In this document: positions 9,611 to 20,117 of the stretch, piece by piece
Position numbering within the stretch: the stretch's first letter is position 1
How the letters are laid out: each line of letters starts with the position of its first letter
DNA from: Desulfosudaceae bacterium
Lineage (GTDB): Bacteria > Desulfobacterota > Desulfobacteria > Desulfobacterales > Desulfosudaceae
Direction: 5' to 3'
NCBI GenBank assembly: GCA_963674745.2
Contig: CAXXDV010000003.1
Coordinates: forward strand, 2,016,001-2,080,000
DNA: 64,000 nucleotides
Translations under genes and position numbers: made by a program
The notes under the pieces: generated by a model
Told to the model about the DNA's origin: nothing
Seen by the model: only the letters and a program-made list of their open reading frames with translations
Database searches by the model: none

Positions 9611-10639
9611 CTATTGCCTGCCGGAAAGTGATTTAACGCCCAGCGTTTCGATTAACCCGTTGATGTCGGTGGTTTTGAGATTCATTCCACCCTCTGAAAC
9701 CGGCAGCAATATGATGCGCTTACCCTGAATCGCTTCCGCGATTCTCAGTTTTACAATCGCTTCACCGCCCGAACCTGCCAGGGCTTTATTCATTTCCTGA
9801 ATTCCATTCGCCTCGGCAATGCCTTCGGCCTGAATGGCCTGGGCAATAAGAAGCTGCTGTTCCTGGTATACATCGGCCTCAATTTTAGCCTTGAGATACA
9901 CACCGTCGGCATCGGCTATCATCTTGTTGACCTCTCCCTTGGCTTCTTCCAGTTTGCGCTTGTATTCCTCGGTAGCGGCGTGCTGGGCCGACTTGTTCTT
10001 TTCCACCTGCTGATCAGCCACTTTTTTATCTTCAATGGCCTTGGTGTATTCGGGATTGAAACGATAATCGTTGGTCAACACCTTCTCAACGATAATGCCC
10101 ATGGGCCCGAGAATTTCTTGAAGTGCCTGGCGTGCCTTGTCTGACTGGGTTTCACGGGCTTTGGCCACATAAAACGCCTCGGTTTTCAGTTCACCGAAAA
10201 TATCTCGGGGTTTGCTGCGGGCGACCGTTCGTACGATGGTTCCCCGCAACGTCTCATCATCCCGGGCTACATACTGGAGAATGTAAGGTGCTTTATCCGC
10301 ATCGATACGATAAGCGATGATTACATCCAGGCCGATGTCGTTACCGTCGATGGTTTTGAATACCAGGTCATCTCTGGTCCGGCGGTCGCCTCTGCTTTTC
10401 GAAAAGGTCATTTCCAGGTTCTGGAGTTTGGTATCGAACACATGCCAGTCATTAATAAACGGAAGAAAAAAATAAGTGCCGCCCGGGGCATAAATGCGAT
10501 CCTCAACACCCTTCGGTCCCCATAAACCTGTTTTATGGGTTCTGACGCCCACTTCCGTCAGCCCTGTGGTATGGGGAACGCAGGCGTTTACGGTGAGTAA
10601 AGCCATTATCAATGCTATCAAGGTTATGAACCGTTTCAT
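9611..10639 (-). CDS. SPFH/band-7 (prohibitin-like) protein, possibly a lipoprotein
   Basis: VNAC lipobox-like signal; KTIDGNDIGLDVIIAYRI, YTKAIEDK and an A/E/K-rich coiled coil. Confidence 0.8.
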   Translation of the reverse strand: MKRFITLIALIMALLTVNACVPHTTGLTEVGVRTHKTGLWGPKGVEDRIYAPGGTYFFLPFINDWHVFDTKLQNLEMTFSKSRGDRRTRDDLVFKTIDGNDIGLDVIIAYRIDADKAPYILQYVARDDETLRGTIVRTVARSKPRDIFGELKTEAFYVAKARETQSDKARQALQEILGPMGIIVEKVLTNDYRFNPEYTKAIEDKKVADQQVEKNKSAQHAATEEYKRKLEEAKGEVNKMIADADGVYLKAKIEADVYQEQQLLIAQAIQAEGIAEANGIQEMNKALAGSGGEAIVKLRIAEAIQGKRIILLPVSEGGMNLKTTDINGLIETLGVKSLSGRQ

Positions 10640-11751
10640 TATTTGTCTCCTTTGCGAACGTCGAATAATTGCAGCGTATTATCCAGATTCAACGGGTTGA
10701 CGCCGTGCGGCCCGTCACTGGGCAGGATGATCACATCAAGGCCATGGTAGACGTCGGCCATCTTCAAAGCCACCATGCGTTCGGAACCGATCCCTTTCAG
10801 CGCTTCATTTTTCAGACGCACTTTTTCCGCCTCGGCCAGTTTCACCTGCAGGTCGGCGTTGGCTTTTATCTTGCGGGCGTAAAGGTCCTTTTCAGCAATT
10901 TTGCGGGTGACATATGCCTTGCCGTTTTCAATCTCAACGGCGGCGATAACTTTTCCTTCCTGCACGATCTTTTTCAGCTCAGCCTCTTCTTTGGCCGCTC
11001 GCGCCGCCGACTGGTTGGTAAATACCATCTGGTCCTGAAGTTTTTTGGCCTCGATGTTCTTCTGAATTTCCGGGCTGTATATGAAATAGCGCACCAGCAC
11101 CTGGTCTACCTCGATACCTTTCACCTTCAATTCGGCATTGAGATTCTGTTTGGCTTCCTCCGCTTTTTCAACCCGCATGGGACTGTTGTAAAACTCTTCG
11201 GTGGTCAACTTTCCCAGGGTCTCTTTCAGTGCCGGTTCAGCTTTGGGAATAATGCCGTTGTCTTCAAAGAGATTGCCGGGACCGATGGTGGTGAAAACCA
11301 GATAGGGATCCTTGATGTGGTAAAGCATGGAGACGTCCACGTCCACGAAAAAACCGTCCGAGGTCTGAATGTGCGCGGCCCGATCTTTCCGCGCCGTCAC
11401 CGCGGCGGTTTCGGGGAAATTGGTCAGTTCCAGCACCTGGATACCTTTGGGCAACCGGTACATCTGCTGCAACCCGAAGGGCAACACAAACGTCAGGCCG
11501 GCATGATAAATCTGTTTTTGAACGCCGCGGTTTAAGCCCACCCGGACGACCTTGATTCCATACTCATCCGGCTGCACGTAAACAAACAACAGTTTATAAC
11601 TGACAAATAACAGCACTGCTAAGGCCACCAGGATATTGATTCCTCTGGACAGCCTGAAATTAAACCGGGGGAACCTGAAACGTTCTTTTAATTTGTTTAT
11701 AGAAACTGATATCTGATCCAACTGGTTGTCGGTCATGATTACTTTCTCCAT
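10639..11751 (-). CDS. SPFH/band-7 protein
   Basis: Single TM segment; VQPDEYGI, QTSDGFFVDVDVSMLYHI, coiled-coil tail. Confidence 0.8.
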   Translation of the reverse strand: MEKVIMTDNQLDQISVSINKLKERFRFPRFNFRLSRGINILVALAVLLFVSYKLLFVYVQPDEYGIKVVRVGLNRGVQKQIYHAGLTFVLPFGLQQMYRLPKGIQVLELTNFPETAAVTARKDRAAHIQTSDGFFVDVDVSMLYHIKDPYLVFTTIGPGNLFEDNGIIPKAEPALKETLGKLTTEEFYNSPMRVEKAEEAKQNLNAELKVKGIEVDQVLVRYFIYSPEIQKNIEAKKLQDQMVFTNQSAARAAKEEAELKKIVQEGKVIAAVEIENGKAYVTRKIAEKDLYARKIKANADLQVKLAEAEKVRLKNEALKGIGSERMVALKMADVYHGLDVIILPSDGPHGVNPLNLDNTLQLFDVRKGDK

Positions 11752-13230
11752 TTAATAAATATATCGTTCGCATATTTTGCGGTAATGATAGCCGTATATT
11801 GAAAACGTTATGGCCATTGATATCAGCCCGGGTTTGCGTATCAGGGTCCAGATGAGCAGTTCCCAATAATAAAACCGCTCCTTCCCCAACACCCCGATTC
11901 GGACAGCGGACCGGACAATTGAAAAGAGTCGTTGAATGTCTATCGGTGTCTTGATTTCAGGCGGTGTCAGTTCGTTCAGTAATGTTCTGACGCGCTGATA
12001 GTAATTTTTAGGAGAATAAATCTGCTTCATAATCGCCTGATACCCCTCAGACAGCCTTTCCAGGCCCATCCGGGGAATAATATTGGTTGTGCCATCGACA
12101 TTATCCCCGGAAAAACGATTGGCAATGCGGCTTTCCCGTTGAAGCCGATCAAAAAGGCGCGTACCCGGAGGCGCCTGGAGCATCCCCACCATAGCGGTTA
12201 CGATTCCGCTCTTCTGAATAAAATCGATCTGCCGCTGAAATATAGAAGGGGTATCGCTGTCAAAGCCCACAATAAAACCGCCCATCACCTGTAAGCCCGA
12301 TCGATGGATGATCGAAACACTTTCCAGCAAGTCACGATTTGTGTTCTGTGACTTATGACATTCCGTCAGACTGCCCTCATCAGGCGACTCGATACCGATA
12401 AAAACGGAATCAAAGCCTGCAGCTACCATCATGCCCAGAAGTTCAGGGTCATCAGCAAGGTCAATGGAGGCTTCCGTGAAAAACACACATCCCTTTTTAT
12501 CTTCACGCCACTTGATCAGAGCGGGAAGTAAAAGCGTTTTAAGATAGCGTTTATTTCCGATAAAGTTATCGTCAACAAAAAATATGCTGCCGCGCCATCC
12601 GGAAGCATAAATGCAATCCAGTTCCGCGATAACCTGTTGCGGCATTTTAAGTCTCGGCCGATGACCGAATAGCGTCGTCACATTGCAGAATTCGCAGTTG
12701 AATGGGCACCCCCTGGAAAACTGAAGATTCATGGACGCATAACGTTTCATTTTTATCAGGTTCCACGAGGGAATCGGGGTGTCGCAAGGGTCGCAGAAAC
12801 CGGAAGCCCGGTAGACGCTTTGGGGCCGTCCGTTTTGCAGGTCTGCCAGAAAAGAAGGAAGGGTCAATTCCGCTTCATCCAGAACAAGATGATCCACCTG
12901 CCTGAATTCTTCAGGTTCTGAAGTAAACAGCGGTCCTCCGGCAACGACCTTTATATTCAAAGCCTTGCAGCGAGCGATGATTTGTTCGGCCGATTTCCGC
13001 TGTACCGTCATGGCGCTGATGAATACCATGTCCGCCCATAACAGTTCTTTATTCGAAAGACGATCCACGTTTACATCCACAAGACGCTTGGACCAGTCAT
13101 CCGGCAGCATGGATGCGACGGTGAGCAGACCAAGCGGCGGGTAGGCCGCTTTCTTTCCGATAAAACTCAAAGCATATGTGAAAGACCAGAAGGTATCCGG
13201 GAATTCCGGGTAAATGAGAAGAATATTCAT
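11752..13230 (-). CDS. Cobalamin-binding radical SAM protein (DUF4070 / HpnP-like family)
   Basis: DTFWSF..PPLGLLTVA B12-binding region; SRGCPFNCEFC CxxxCxxC motif; FVDDNFIG. Confidence 0.85.
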   Translation of the reverse strand: MNILLIYPEFPDTFWSFTYALSFIGKKAAYPPLGLLTVASMLPDDWSKRLVDVNVDRLSNKELLWADMVFISAMTVQRKSAEQIIARCKALNIKVVAGGPLFTSEPEEFRQVDHLVLDEAELTLPSFLADLQNGRPQSVYRASGFCDPCDTPIPSWNLIKMKRYASMNLQFSRGCPFNCEFCNVTTLFGHRPRLKMPQQVIAELDCIYASGWRGSIFFVDDNFIGNKRYLKTLLLPALIKWREDKKGCVFFTEASIDLADDPELLGMMVAAGFDSVFIGIESPDEGSLTECHKSQNTNRDLLESVSIIHRSGLQVMGGFIVGFDSDTPSIFQRQIDFIQKSGIVTAMVGMLQAPPGTRLFDRLQRESRIANRFSGDNVDGTTNIIPRMGLERLSEGYQAIMKQIYSPKNYYQRVRTLLNELTPPEIKTPIDIQRLFSIVRSAVRIGVLGKERFYYWELLIWTLIRKPGLISMAITFSIYGYHYRKICERYIY

Positions 13231-13265
13231 AAGTGGCGTTCCTTTTCGATTTCAGGTGAATGGGA

Positions 13266-13604
13266 TCAACCATTTTTATCCCTGACTGCATGAACGGCTT
13301 CCATCCCTTCTGATTTGGAAACCGTGTTAATTTGAATGTCCGGGGGTTCGAATAAAAGCGTTTTTATCCCTAACAAAACGCCGAATCGGTGAGATCCTAA
13401 ATAACGGTCCAGATCATCACGGGTCTTCCACTCCTCCAGCACGTTGAACCGGTTTTTGTTTTCGATATCACAAGAAACGGCATAGCTCAGGCAACCGGCT
13501 TCTTTTTCCGTCGACTCGATCATGGAGAGAAGCGTTTGCGTGATCTCCTGATGTTTTTCAGGACGGACATTCATGATAATTTTTACCAGGATCATTACCA
13601 ACAC
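13266..13604 (-). CDS. ABM-family (putative quinol monooxygenase-like) protein
   Basis: EKEAGCLSY...VLEEWKT pattern; about 110 aa. Confidence 0.75.
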   Translation of the reverse strand: MLVMILVKIIMNVRPEKHQEITQTLLSMIESTEKEAGCLSYAVSCDIENKNRFNVLEEWKTRDDLDRYLGSHRFGVLLGIKTLLFEPPDIQINTVSKSEGMEAVHAVRDKNG

Positions 13605-13628
13605 CTCTCTACTGAACTGTTTTTTTAG

Positions 13629-13859
13629 TTAATCCATTATTGCAAGCACAGTTCGTTTTTTTGCTTTAGCCGAAACAGCACTTAATATGGTCCGCAGGGC
13701 ATCGGCGGTCCGACCATGCTTGCCGATGACTTTACCGATGTCCGCCTTGGCGACCCTGAGTTCCAGAATTGAGGTATGTATCCCGTCAATTTCTGTAACG
13801 GATATAAGATCCGGTTCAGCAACAATTGATCGCGTTATCGCCTCAACTATTTCTTTCAT
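13629..13859 (-). CDS. KhpA-like single-KH-domain RNA-binding protein
   Basis: MKEIVEAI...DIGKVIGKHGRTADALRTIL with the GxxG loop; true start at 13859. Confidence 0.85.
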   Translation of the reverse strand: MKEIVEAITRSIVAEPDLISVTEIDGIHTSILELRVAKADIGKVIGKHGRTADALRTILSAVSAKAKKRTVLAIMD

Positions 13860-13902
13860 GGTCCCCCCCCCTCTTGGTTTACTCCCGGACAAGCGGCGTG
13901 TT

Positions 13903-14184
13903 CTAAACCGTTTCGGCTTCAGGCGGCACAACCTTTTCAAGATGAATAAACGCCACCTTCGCCAGGGCATCCATAACTTTCATAACTTTCTGTTTCGGGA
14001 CCACGGCATTGACAATATTTTGAACCTGGGACCGGGAGTAACCGGCTTCCAGGGTGTCCGGATGCCCTTTTATAATACCCTGATAAAGAACGAAGGCTTT
14101 ATGTATGTCCTTTGTTGTGTAGTGTGCATCATAAGCCGCTGCATACTCCTGGCCTGCTTCTGTCTGTTTCGGGTTGTGTATCAT
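13903..14184 (-). CDS. Hypothetical protein, first gene of the cassette 1 operon
   Basis: GGAGG RBS before ATG 14184; TPR-like helical composition. Confidence 0.6.
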   Translation of the reverse strand: MIHNPKQTEAGQEYAAAYDAHYTTKDIHKAFVLYQGIIKGHPDTLEAGYSRSQVQNIVNAVVPKQKVMKVMDALAKVAFIHLEKVVPPEAETV

Positions 14185-14282
14185 GTCGATTCCTCCATTT
14201 TTACAGCGATCATACGGTCGCTATCGTTTGGGTGTATTTACCCTCCCTGAAAAATTATCAGGGCCTTTGATAAGTTATTAAC

Positions 14283-14297
14283 TCAAAATTCATGCCA
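14283..14297 (-). promoter_or_regulatory. Putative sigma54 -24/-12 promoter (variant -12)
   Basis: Minus strand reads TGGCAT-GAATT-TTGA, about 100 bp upstream of the operon and next to an enhancer-binding protein (EBP) gene. Confidence 0.55.
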
Positions 14298-14548
14298 GTG
14301 TTTAAGATCCTGGCTTTTTGTTACGCATCATGCTGATTTATAAAAACGAATCAGGTTTTAAAATTATGACAAGGCAAGTATGGTCAGGCGTGATAAAAGG
14401 GTCACATTTGACCATTGATCATATATGACCTTTTTCTGTGGGGTTTTCGAAGGCGTATTGGGAGAGGAATAACGAATGATCGAAAAGGCGTGTCAACTGG
14501 GGTTGACTGGTAAGGTCTGTTCCGTTCAATGCCGGGACGGCGATACCA

Positions 14549-16030
14549 TTAAATCTGTGAGATATTAAGCTTACGCATGCGGGCGCGTAAGGTGCTGCGA
14601 TTGAGTCCAAGGATCTCAGCCGCACCATCTTTCCCGCCAACTTTCCAGTGGGTCTGTTCGAGCACCTGAATGATGTGCTCCCGTTCAACCGCTTCCAGTG
14701 TTTTCCGGCCGGCACTTAAATCCCTGAACGGCTTCTTAAGCTCATCAACCAGACGCAGCTTGGGGCCCGACGAATTGATGACCGCACGCTCAAGGACGTT
14801 TTGCAATTCCCGGACATTTCCCGGCCAGAGATAATTTTGTAACTCATTCATTACTTTCGCCGGGATAACATTAGTGGTCTTGCCCATCCGCTTGGCAATC
14901 TGTTTGACATAAAAATCGACCAGAAGCGGGATGTCTTCCCTGCGATCCCGCAACGGCGGCACGGTAATCGGAAAAACATTTAACCGATACCAGAGGTCCT
15001 CCCGGAAGGCGCCCTTACGGACCTCCTCTTCCAGATTGCGATTGGTGGCGGCGATAATCCGCACATCGACTTTAATCGTGCGGGAGCTGCCTAGCCGCTC
15101 AAACTCGCCGTCCTGAATGACTCTGAGCAGCTTGGGCTGCAGTTCGAGAGGCAATTCTCCGATTTCATCCAAGAAAAGAGTAGTCCCACTGGCCATTTCA
15201 AATCGCCCCAGGTGTCTTGCCTGGGAACCGGTGAAAGCGCCTTTCTCATGTCCGAACAATTCGCTTTCAATCAGGTTTGCGGGCAATGTGGCGCAATTGA
15301 CTTTTATCAGCGCCCGGTTTTTGCGCGAACTCAAGTTGTGAATCGCCCGGGCAACCAGCTCTTTTCCGGTTCCGGTCTCGCCCAGAACAAGAACGGTTGT
15401 GTCGGCTTCGGCAATCTGCTCAACCTTATAGAGTACGTATCGGAGTCCGTCACTTTGGCCGATCATCTGTTCGTGGTTGAAAGCCACTTTAATTTCTTCC
15501 TGCAAATAGGCTTTCTCCGCTTCCAATTGATCCTGTAATTTTTTTATTTCATTAAGAGCGGTTTCCGTCAGATGTCGGCTTTTTTCCGCCTCGTCCCTGG
15601 CATGAACAAGTTCAGCCGTTCGTTTTTCAACGATTTCTTCCAGATTTCTTTTATAATTTTCCCGATCCGTCGCATCCTCAATGGCCAACAGAATCAGTTG
15701 GGTCTGGTTTTCCTCCCGGTAAATCCGTCTGGCGTTTAAATGCATAATTTTCCGACCTATGGTCTCAAAGGTATGCTCCACCTCAAAGTCATGGAACAGG
15801 GAGTTTTGAGGAAGGATGTCTTCGAGTAATTCCCTGAGTTTGGGAATATCCCATTGCCGGTTGCCAAGATCGTAAATTAAAACGCCCTCTGTCTCATGCG
15901 GTTTAACATTGAAGGTCTGGTAGAAGGAAGGATTCGCTTGAATAACCTTCAATTCAGCGTCAAGCACGAGCAAGGGCTCGCGAACCGAATTCAGAAAGTT
16001 GTTAAGAATTTCCATATAGGAATTGACCAC
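14549..16030 (-). CDS. Sigma54-dependent activator (PAS-AAA+-HTH)
   Basis: N-terminal [35 protein letters not shown]-terminal [16 protein letters not shown]. Confidence 0.92.
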   Translation of the reverse strand: MVNSYMEILNNFLNSVREPLLVLDAELKVIQANPSFYQTFNVKPHETEGVLIYDLGNRQWDIPKLRELLEDILPQNSLFHDFEVEHTFETIGRKIMHLNARRIYREENQTQLILLAIEDATDRENYKRNLEEIVEKRTAELVHARDEAEKSRHLTETALNEIKKLQDQLEAEKAYLQEEIKVAFNHEQMIGQSDGLRYVLYKVEQIAEADTTVLVLGETGTGKELVARAIHNLSSRKNRALIKVNCATLPANLIESELFGHEKGAFTGSQARHLGRFEMASGTTLFLDEIGELPLELQPKLLRVIQDGEFERLGSSRTIKVDVRIIAATNRNLEEEVRKGAFREDLWYRLNVFPITVPPLRDRREDIPLLVDFYVKQIAKRMGKTTNVIPAKVMNELQNYLWPGNVRELQNVLERAVINSSGPKLRLVDELKKPFRDLSAGRKTLEAVEREHIIQVLEQTHWKVGGKDGAAEILGLNRSTLRARMRKLNISQI

Positions 16031-16311
16031 TTGCTTCCCCCCATCCCCTTACGTGTTTGCCTGACATCTTACAGGCTTTTGCTTTAAGCCTATTGGGGAT
16101 ATTGTTACTTTAATATAGTTGCAGTGAAACCGCAATCTAATCCTCCGCATTATTTCTTTGGTTAGTCAAACTTCATGTTGAATTTCGTGTAGGACTTTTA
16201 TTCCAAAATTTACCAAAATGGCACAAAATGAGAAAAAATATAGAATTAAAAAACCGGCTAATATATCAGGTTACCGAAAAATGAGGGGGTTAAGAAGCTC
16301 GGAGGCGGTTT

Positions 16312-16356
16312 CTGAAAATCCCCGTGTCGGCAGTTCGATTCTGTCCCTCGGCACCA
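16312..16356 (+). repeat. att-like direct repeat of the tRNA-Phe 3' end (45/45 identical)
   Basis: CTGAAAATCCCCGTGTCGGCAGTTCGATTCTGTCCCTCGGCACCA equals positions 27-71; identity continues through GCAATAAA. Confidence 0.95.
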
Positions 16357-16720
16357 GCAATAAACATAATTATATCAATTGTTTATCGCGGATTATATGT
16401 AAGCCATTTTTCTTTAGTCCCCTGCCCCGTGTGTGAATCTGTGTGTAAAAAACTTTCGGGCTTGTAAAAAGTGGCAACAGAACAACTCTCGCACAGCCTT
16501 TATTTCTTTAATCATTTCAAGCTTTCATTATTTTTTAAAAAGCAGAAAAATCCGAGCATGTAATCCTTAATCCATAAGACGGCCACACAATCAAATCTGA
16601 GAATGATTATTTTTGTACTTCAACAAAGAAATACCCTATTGCCCTTTACGAAACAAAACGCTGATTAGGAATTGGCAAAAAAACAAGCGCCTATCCTTAC
16701 CTGGGCTTTTTACGGAGCCG

Positions 16721-18514
16721 TCAGGGCGAGGGGATGATAACGGAAAAAGTGCTTCCCTGTCCGGGTGTGCTGCTGACATCGATTTTCCAGCCGTGAATCT
16801 GCACGATGTGTTTGACAATGGCCAGACCCAGGCCGGTGCCGCCCAGCTTTCTGCTTCGTGTTTTGTCCACCCGGTAAAAGCGTTCAAACAGACGCGGGAT
16901 GTGAACAGCCGGTATACCGACACCATTGTCCGCAAAACGGACCGTTATATTACCGTCCCCGGCAGCCGCTTCAATTTTGACCTCGCTGTTCTCCGGGCTA
17001 TATTTAACGGCATTTTCCAACAGATTGATAAAAGCCTGTTCGGTCAGTGAAAAATCCATTAACGCAGTCAGAGCGGGATCACAATCAGTGACAATGCGGA
17101 TATCTTTTTGATCGGCTTCCGGCCGGCAGACATTAACAGCAGAATCAATCACCGTTGAAATCTTCTTCTTTTCAAAATGAAAATCTTTTTTCCTGTCGGC
17201 ATGTTCGATATTGGACAACCGCAACACATCCTCGATTATAGCGGACAGGCGCCGGGCGTTTTTGATGATAATCTCCAGGTAATGTTTGCCTTCCTGGTTA
17301 CCGTTAATGATTGGTTCGGCTAAAAGGGCCTCGGCAAAGCCCTGGATAGAGGTCAGTGGGGTTTTGATTTCATGGGATACGTTGGCCGCGAATTCTCTTC
17401 TCATGTTTTCCAGCTGTCGCATCCGGGTGACATCGTTTAACACCAGCAGGGTACCGATTCGCTGCCCGGTCTCATCGATCAGGGCCGCACTTTTCACGTT
17501 GATGACCCGGGCATCTTCTTCTTTTATTTCAAAAGCAATATCACCCTCGGCTTTCTCGGAACCAGCGGCGGTAGCGATAAATTGCGTAAAATCATGGTTT
17601 CGGATGACTTCATACAGGTATTTGCCCTGCAGTTGACTGCCGCTGTTACCCAGAAAAACTTCCGCGGCATGGTTGCTCTGTAATATCCTGTCCGTCTTAT
17701 CAACCGCGATCACCGCTTCTGTCATGCTGCCGAAAACAGTTTCCAGTTCATTCTTCTGTCGTTTGATAATTTTTATCCGTTCATCGAGCTGTACCGACAT
17801 TTTATTCATTGCTTCCGCCAGGCTGGCCAACTCCTTTGAATCCGGCAGCACCAGCTTGCGCTCAAGATAGCCGGCGGCAAAACGCCGGGCGCCGGCTTCC
17901 ATCTCCTGAACCGGCCGCGCGATCTTTTTCGATACCATCAAACTGACCAGGGCAACCAGCAGCGTTATCAGAAAAAATATTTTAATGATCTCCCATTTTA
18001 CTTCGCCCAGTGCCTGATAAACAGATTTCAAAGGAACCGATGTCCGGACAACCAGCCTGGCCGCACCCTTATCCTGCGGGATTCCGATCGCCACATACAT
18101 CATTTTTCTTTGTAATGTTGCGCTGTAACGGATGGCGCTGCCTACTCCCCCTTTCAAAGCAGCCGCGATTTCCGGCCGGTCCCTGTGATTTTCCATAATT
18201 CGGGAATCTTCTTCCGAATCAGCGAGGACCCGGCCTTCCGGAAGGATGACCGTGATCCGCGTGCCGGAAGCCTCACCTGCCTGCTTGCAGCGTCGGTTTA
18301 TCTCCTGAAGGGAATCTGCTTTAAGAGAAATATCATCAACACGAATATTCTGACTGAACAGGTGTGCCCGGGCAGTCAGGTTTTCCTGTGTCTGGCTGAC
18401 GATAAAGGCATTAAGCAAATTAAAAACAAACCAGACGGTAACCAGCAGAGAAATAACTGCGATAAGAAAATAGGAGGGAAATATCTGAGAAAAGAGTTTT
18501 TTACGTCTGGTCAT
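16721..18514 (-). CDS. phoR: Phosphate regulon sensor histidine kinase
   Basis: TM-periplasmic-TM-HAMP-PAS; NVSHEIKTPLT H-box; FERFYRVD..SRKLGGTGLGL; pst context. Confidence 0.88.
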   Translation of the reverse strand: MTRRKKLFSQIFPSYFLIAVISLLVTVWFVFNLLNAFIVSQTQENLTARAHLFSQNIRVDDISLKADSLQEINRRCKQAGEASGTRITVILPEGRVLADSEEDSRIMENHRDRPEIAAALKGGVGSAIRYSATLQRKMMYVAIGIPQDKGAARLVVRTSVPLKSVYQALGEVKWEIIKIFFLITLLVALVSLMVSKKIARPVQEMEAGARRFAAGYLERKLVLPDSKELASLAEAMNKMSVQLDERIKIIKRQKNELETVFGSMTEAVIAVDKTDRILQSNHAAEVFLGNSGSQLQGKYLYEVIRNHDFTQFIATAAGSEKAEGDIAFEIKEEDARVINVKSAALIDETGQRIGTLLVLNDVTRMRQLENMRREFAANVSHEIKTPLTSIQGFAEALLAEPIINGNQEGKHYLEIIIKNARRLSAIIEDVLRLSNIEHADRKKDFHFEKKKISTVIDSAVNVCRPEADQKDIRIVTDCDPALTALMDFSLTEQAFINLLENAVKYSPENSEVKIEAAAGDGNITVRFADNGVGIPAVHIPRLFERFYRVDKTRSRKLGGTGLGLAIVKHIVQIHGWKIDVSSTPGQGSTFSVIIPSP

Positions 18515-18577
18515 TATCTACACCTCATTTACACCGCCAAAAAGGGTCAAAAAGTTAGCTTGCAATCCATTTCGGGA

Positions 18578-18698
18578 GTGGCTTCGTGAGAAGTTCAAGA
18601 TCAAGGCGCGCAAGTCCCGAGGAATGCAGCGTACTTTTAGTACGTGAAATTCAGAGGGATGCAGCGCAACACAGATATTGGACGTCTCACGAAGCCAC
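18578..18698. repeat. Palindromic MITE/REP-like element (121 bp)
   Basis: Terminal inverted repeats GTGGCTTCGTGAGA / TCTCACGAAGCCAC; internal CGTAC-TTTTA-GTACG hairpin. Confidence 0.7.
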
Positions 18699-18706
18699 CA
18701 TAAAGA

Positions 18707-19402
18707 TTACTCTTCTTTGAAGCGATACCCTACCCCCCTGACCGTCTCAACACAGTCCCCAAAAGGACCGAGCTTTTTCCGCAACCCGGCGATCTGGACA
18801 TCAACACTTCTGTCGGTCACGGCGTAATCCTCACCTTTTATCTTGTCCACAATCTGCCAGCGGGTGAACACCCAGCCGGGGTGTTTGGCAAGCAGGTGCA
18901 GCACATCAAATTCCGTGGGGGACAGCATAATTTTCCCGCGGGCGGTTTCAACCATATGTTTATGGGGCATGATGGTAATCCCGTGAACATGAACCACACC
19001 GCTTTCATCAGCCGGCGTTGACGGACGGGATCTTCTTCTTAGTACCGAACGGATTCTGGCAATCAGAACCCTGGGGCTGAAGGGCTTGGTCACATAATCG
19101 TCCGCCCCTATTTCCAGCCCGGTGATAATGTCCGCCTCCTCGCCTTTTGCGGTCAGCATGACAATAAAAATGTTTTTTAAAACCGGATCGGACTTGATGC
19201 TTCTGGTGACTTCCAGACCGTCAATCCCCGGCATCATCAGATCAAGTACAATCAGGTCCGGCAGTTCGGCCCGGGCAATGGACAGGGCTTTTTCCCCGGA
19301 GGCGGCACACATGGTCGGGTAGCCCTCTTTTTCCAGGCTGACCCGGACCAACTCCAGAATATCTCCTTCATCATCGACGATAAGAATTCGTTCTTTGGCC
19401 AT
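18707..19402 (-). CDS. phoB: OmpR-family response regulator PhoB
   Basis: REC domain (LIVDDE, LDLMMP, KPF) plus winged helix (DRSVDVQI, ETVRGVGY); between phoU and phoR. Confidence 0.88.
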   Translation of the reverse strand: MAKERILIVDDEGDILELVRVSLEKEGYPTMCAASGEKALSIARAELPDLIVLDLMMPGIDGLEVTRSIKSDPVLKNIFIVMLTAKGEEADIITGLEIGADDYVTKPFSPRVLIARIRSVLRRRSRPSTPADESGVVHVHGITIMPHKHMVETARGKIMLSPTEFDVLHLLAKHPGWVFTRWQIVDKIKGEDYAVTDRSVDVQIAGLRKKLGPFGDCVETVRGVGYRFKEE

Positions 19403-19417
19403 TGGTCTCTTCTTTCT

Positions 19418-20101
19418 TTAATCCGAAACGGTTCGATCGATATCCTTTTTATCAACATGTCGGACAATCTCACCTTCCACCATGTAAATAACCTCCTCGG
19501 CAATATTGGTGGCATGGTCGGCCACGCGCTCCAGATGACGGGATATCAGGAAAAAATTCAGCAAAAAGGCTGTATTGATCTGTCTGTTGTCTCCCAGGGT
19601 TTTCAGCTCATGATAGATATCGTTCCGCATCATATCGATTTCGTCGTCAGCAAACAGCACTTCTTTTGCCGCCAGCGAATCCTTTTCCACAAAAGCGTTA
19701 AGGCTTTTACTGAGCATGTTTTTTACCTTTTTGCCCATGGGAAAATAATCATAATATTTTTCCTGTTCATCTTTTCCAACCAGCGCTTTGACCCGATGGG
19801 CCATGTTGACCGCTTCATCCGCGATCCTTTCCAGATCATTATTAATCTTAATGGTAACACCCAGAAAACGCAGGTCAATGGCAACCGGCTGGTAAAGGGC
19901 GATCGCCTTCAGGCATTCTTCCTCAATTTCCACTTCCAGCTCGTCAATCTGATAATCCGTGTCAATAATCTCCTGGGCCAGATCCTGGTCCAGGTCCCGT
20001 ATGGCGATTATCGTTTTTTGCAAGCGGTCTTCGGCCATGGCACCGAGTTCCAGCAACCGCTTTTTTAGATGTTCCAGCTCGTTTTCAAGATGTTTAGTCA
20101 T
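19418..20101 (-). CDS. phoU: Phosphate signalling protein PhoU
   Basis: ALYQPVAIDLR, DLERIADEA, LERVADHATNIAE repeats. Confidence 0.93.
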   Translation of the reverse strand: MTKHLENELEHLKKRLLELGAMAEDRLQKTIIAIRDLDQDLAQEIIDTDYQIDELEVEIEEECLKAIALYQPVAIDLRFLGVTIKINNDLERIADEAVNMAHRVKALVGKDEQEKYYDYFPMGKKVKNMLSKSLNAFVEKDSLAAKEVLFADDEIDMMRNDIYHELKTLGDNRQINTAFLLNFFLISRHLERVADHATNIAEEVIYMVEGEIVRHVDKKDIDRTVSD

Positions 20102-20117
20102 GTTTTCCCTCGTCGGC

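Larger units (their letters stand above)
72..16356. mobile_element. tRNA-Phe-anchored cassette 1 (about 16.3 kb), no integrase recognised
   Basis: Bounded by the tRNA 3' end and a perfect 45-bp direct repeat at 16312-16356. Confidence 0.8.

Noticed and set aside
13860..13970. N-terminal extension of the KH protein given in the ORF track
   Set aside because: It overlaps the upstream gene; a G-rich RBS precedes ATG 13859, which gives the typical 76-aa size
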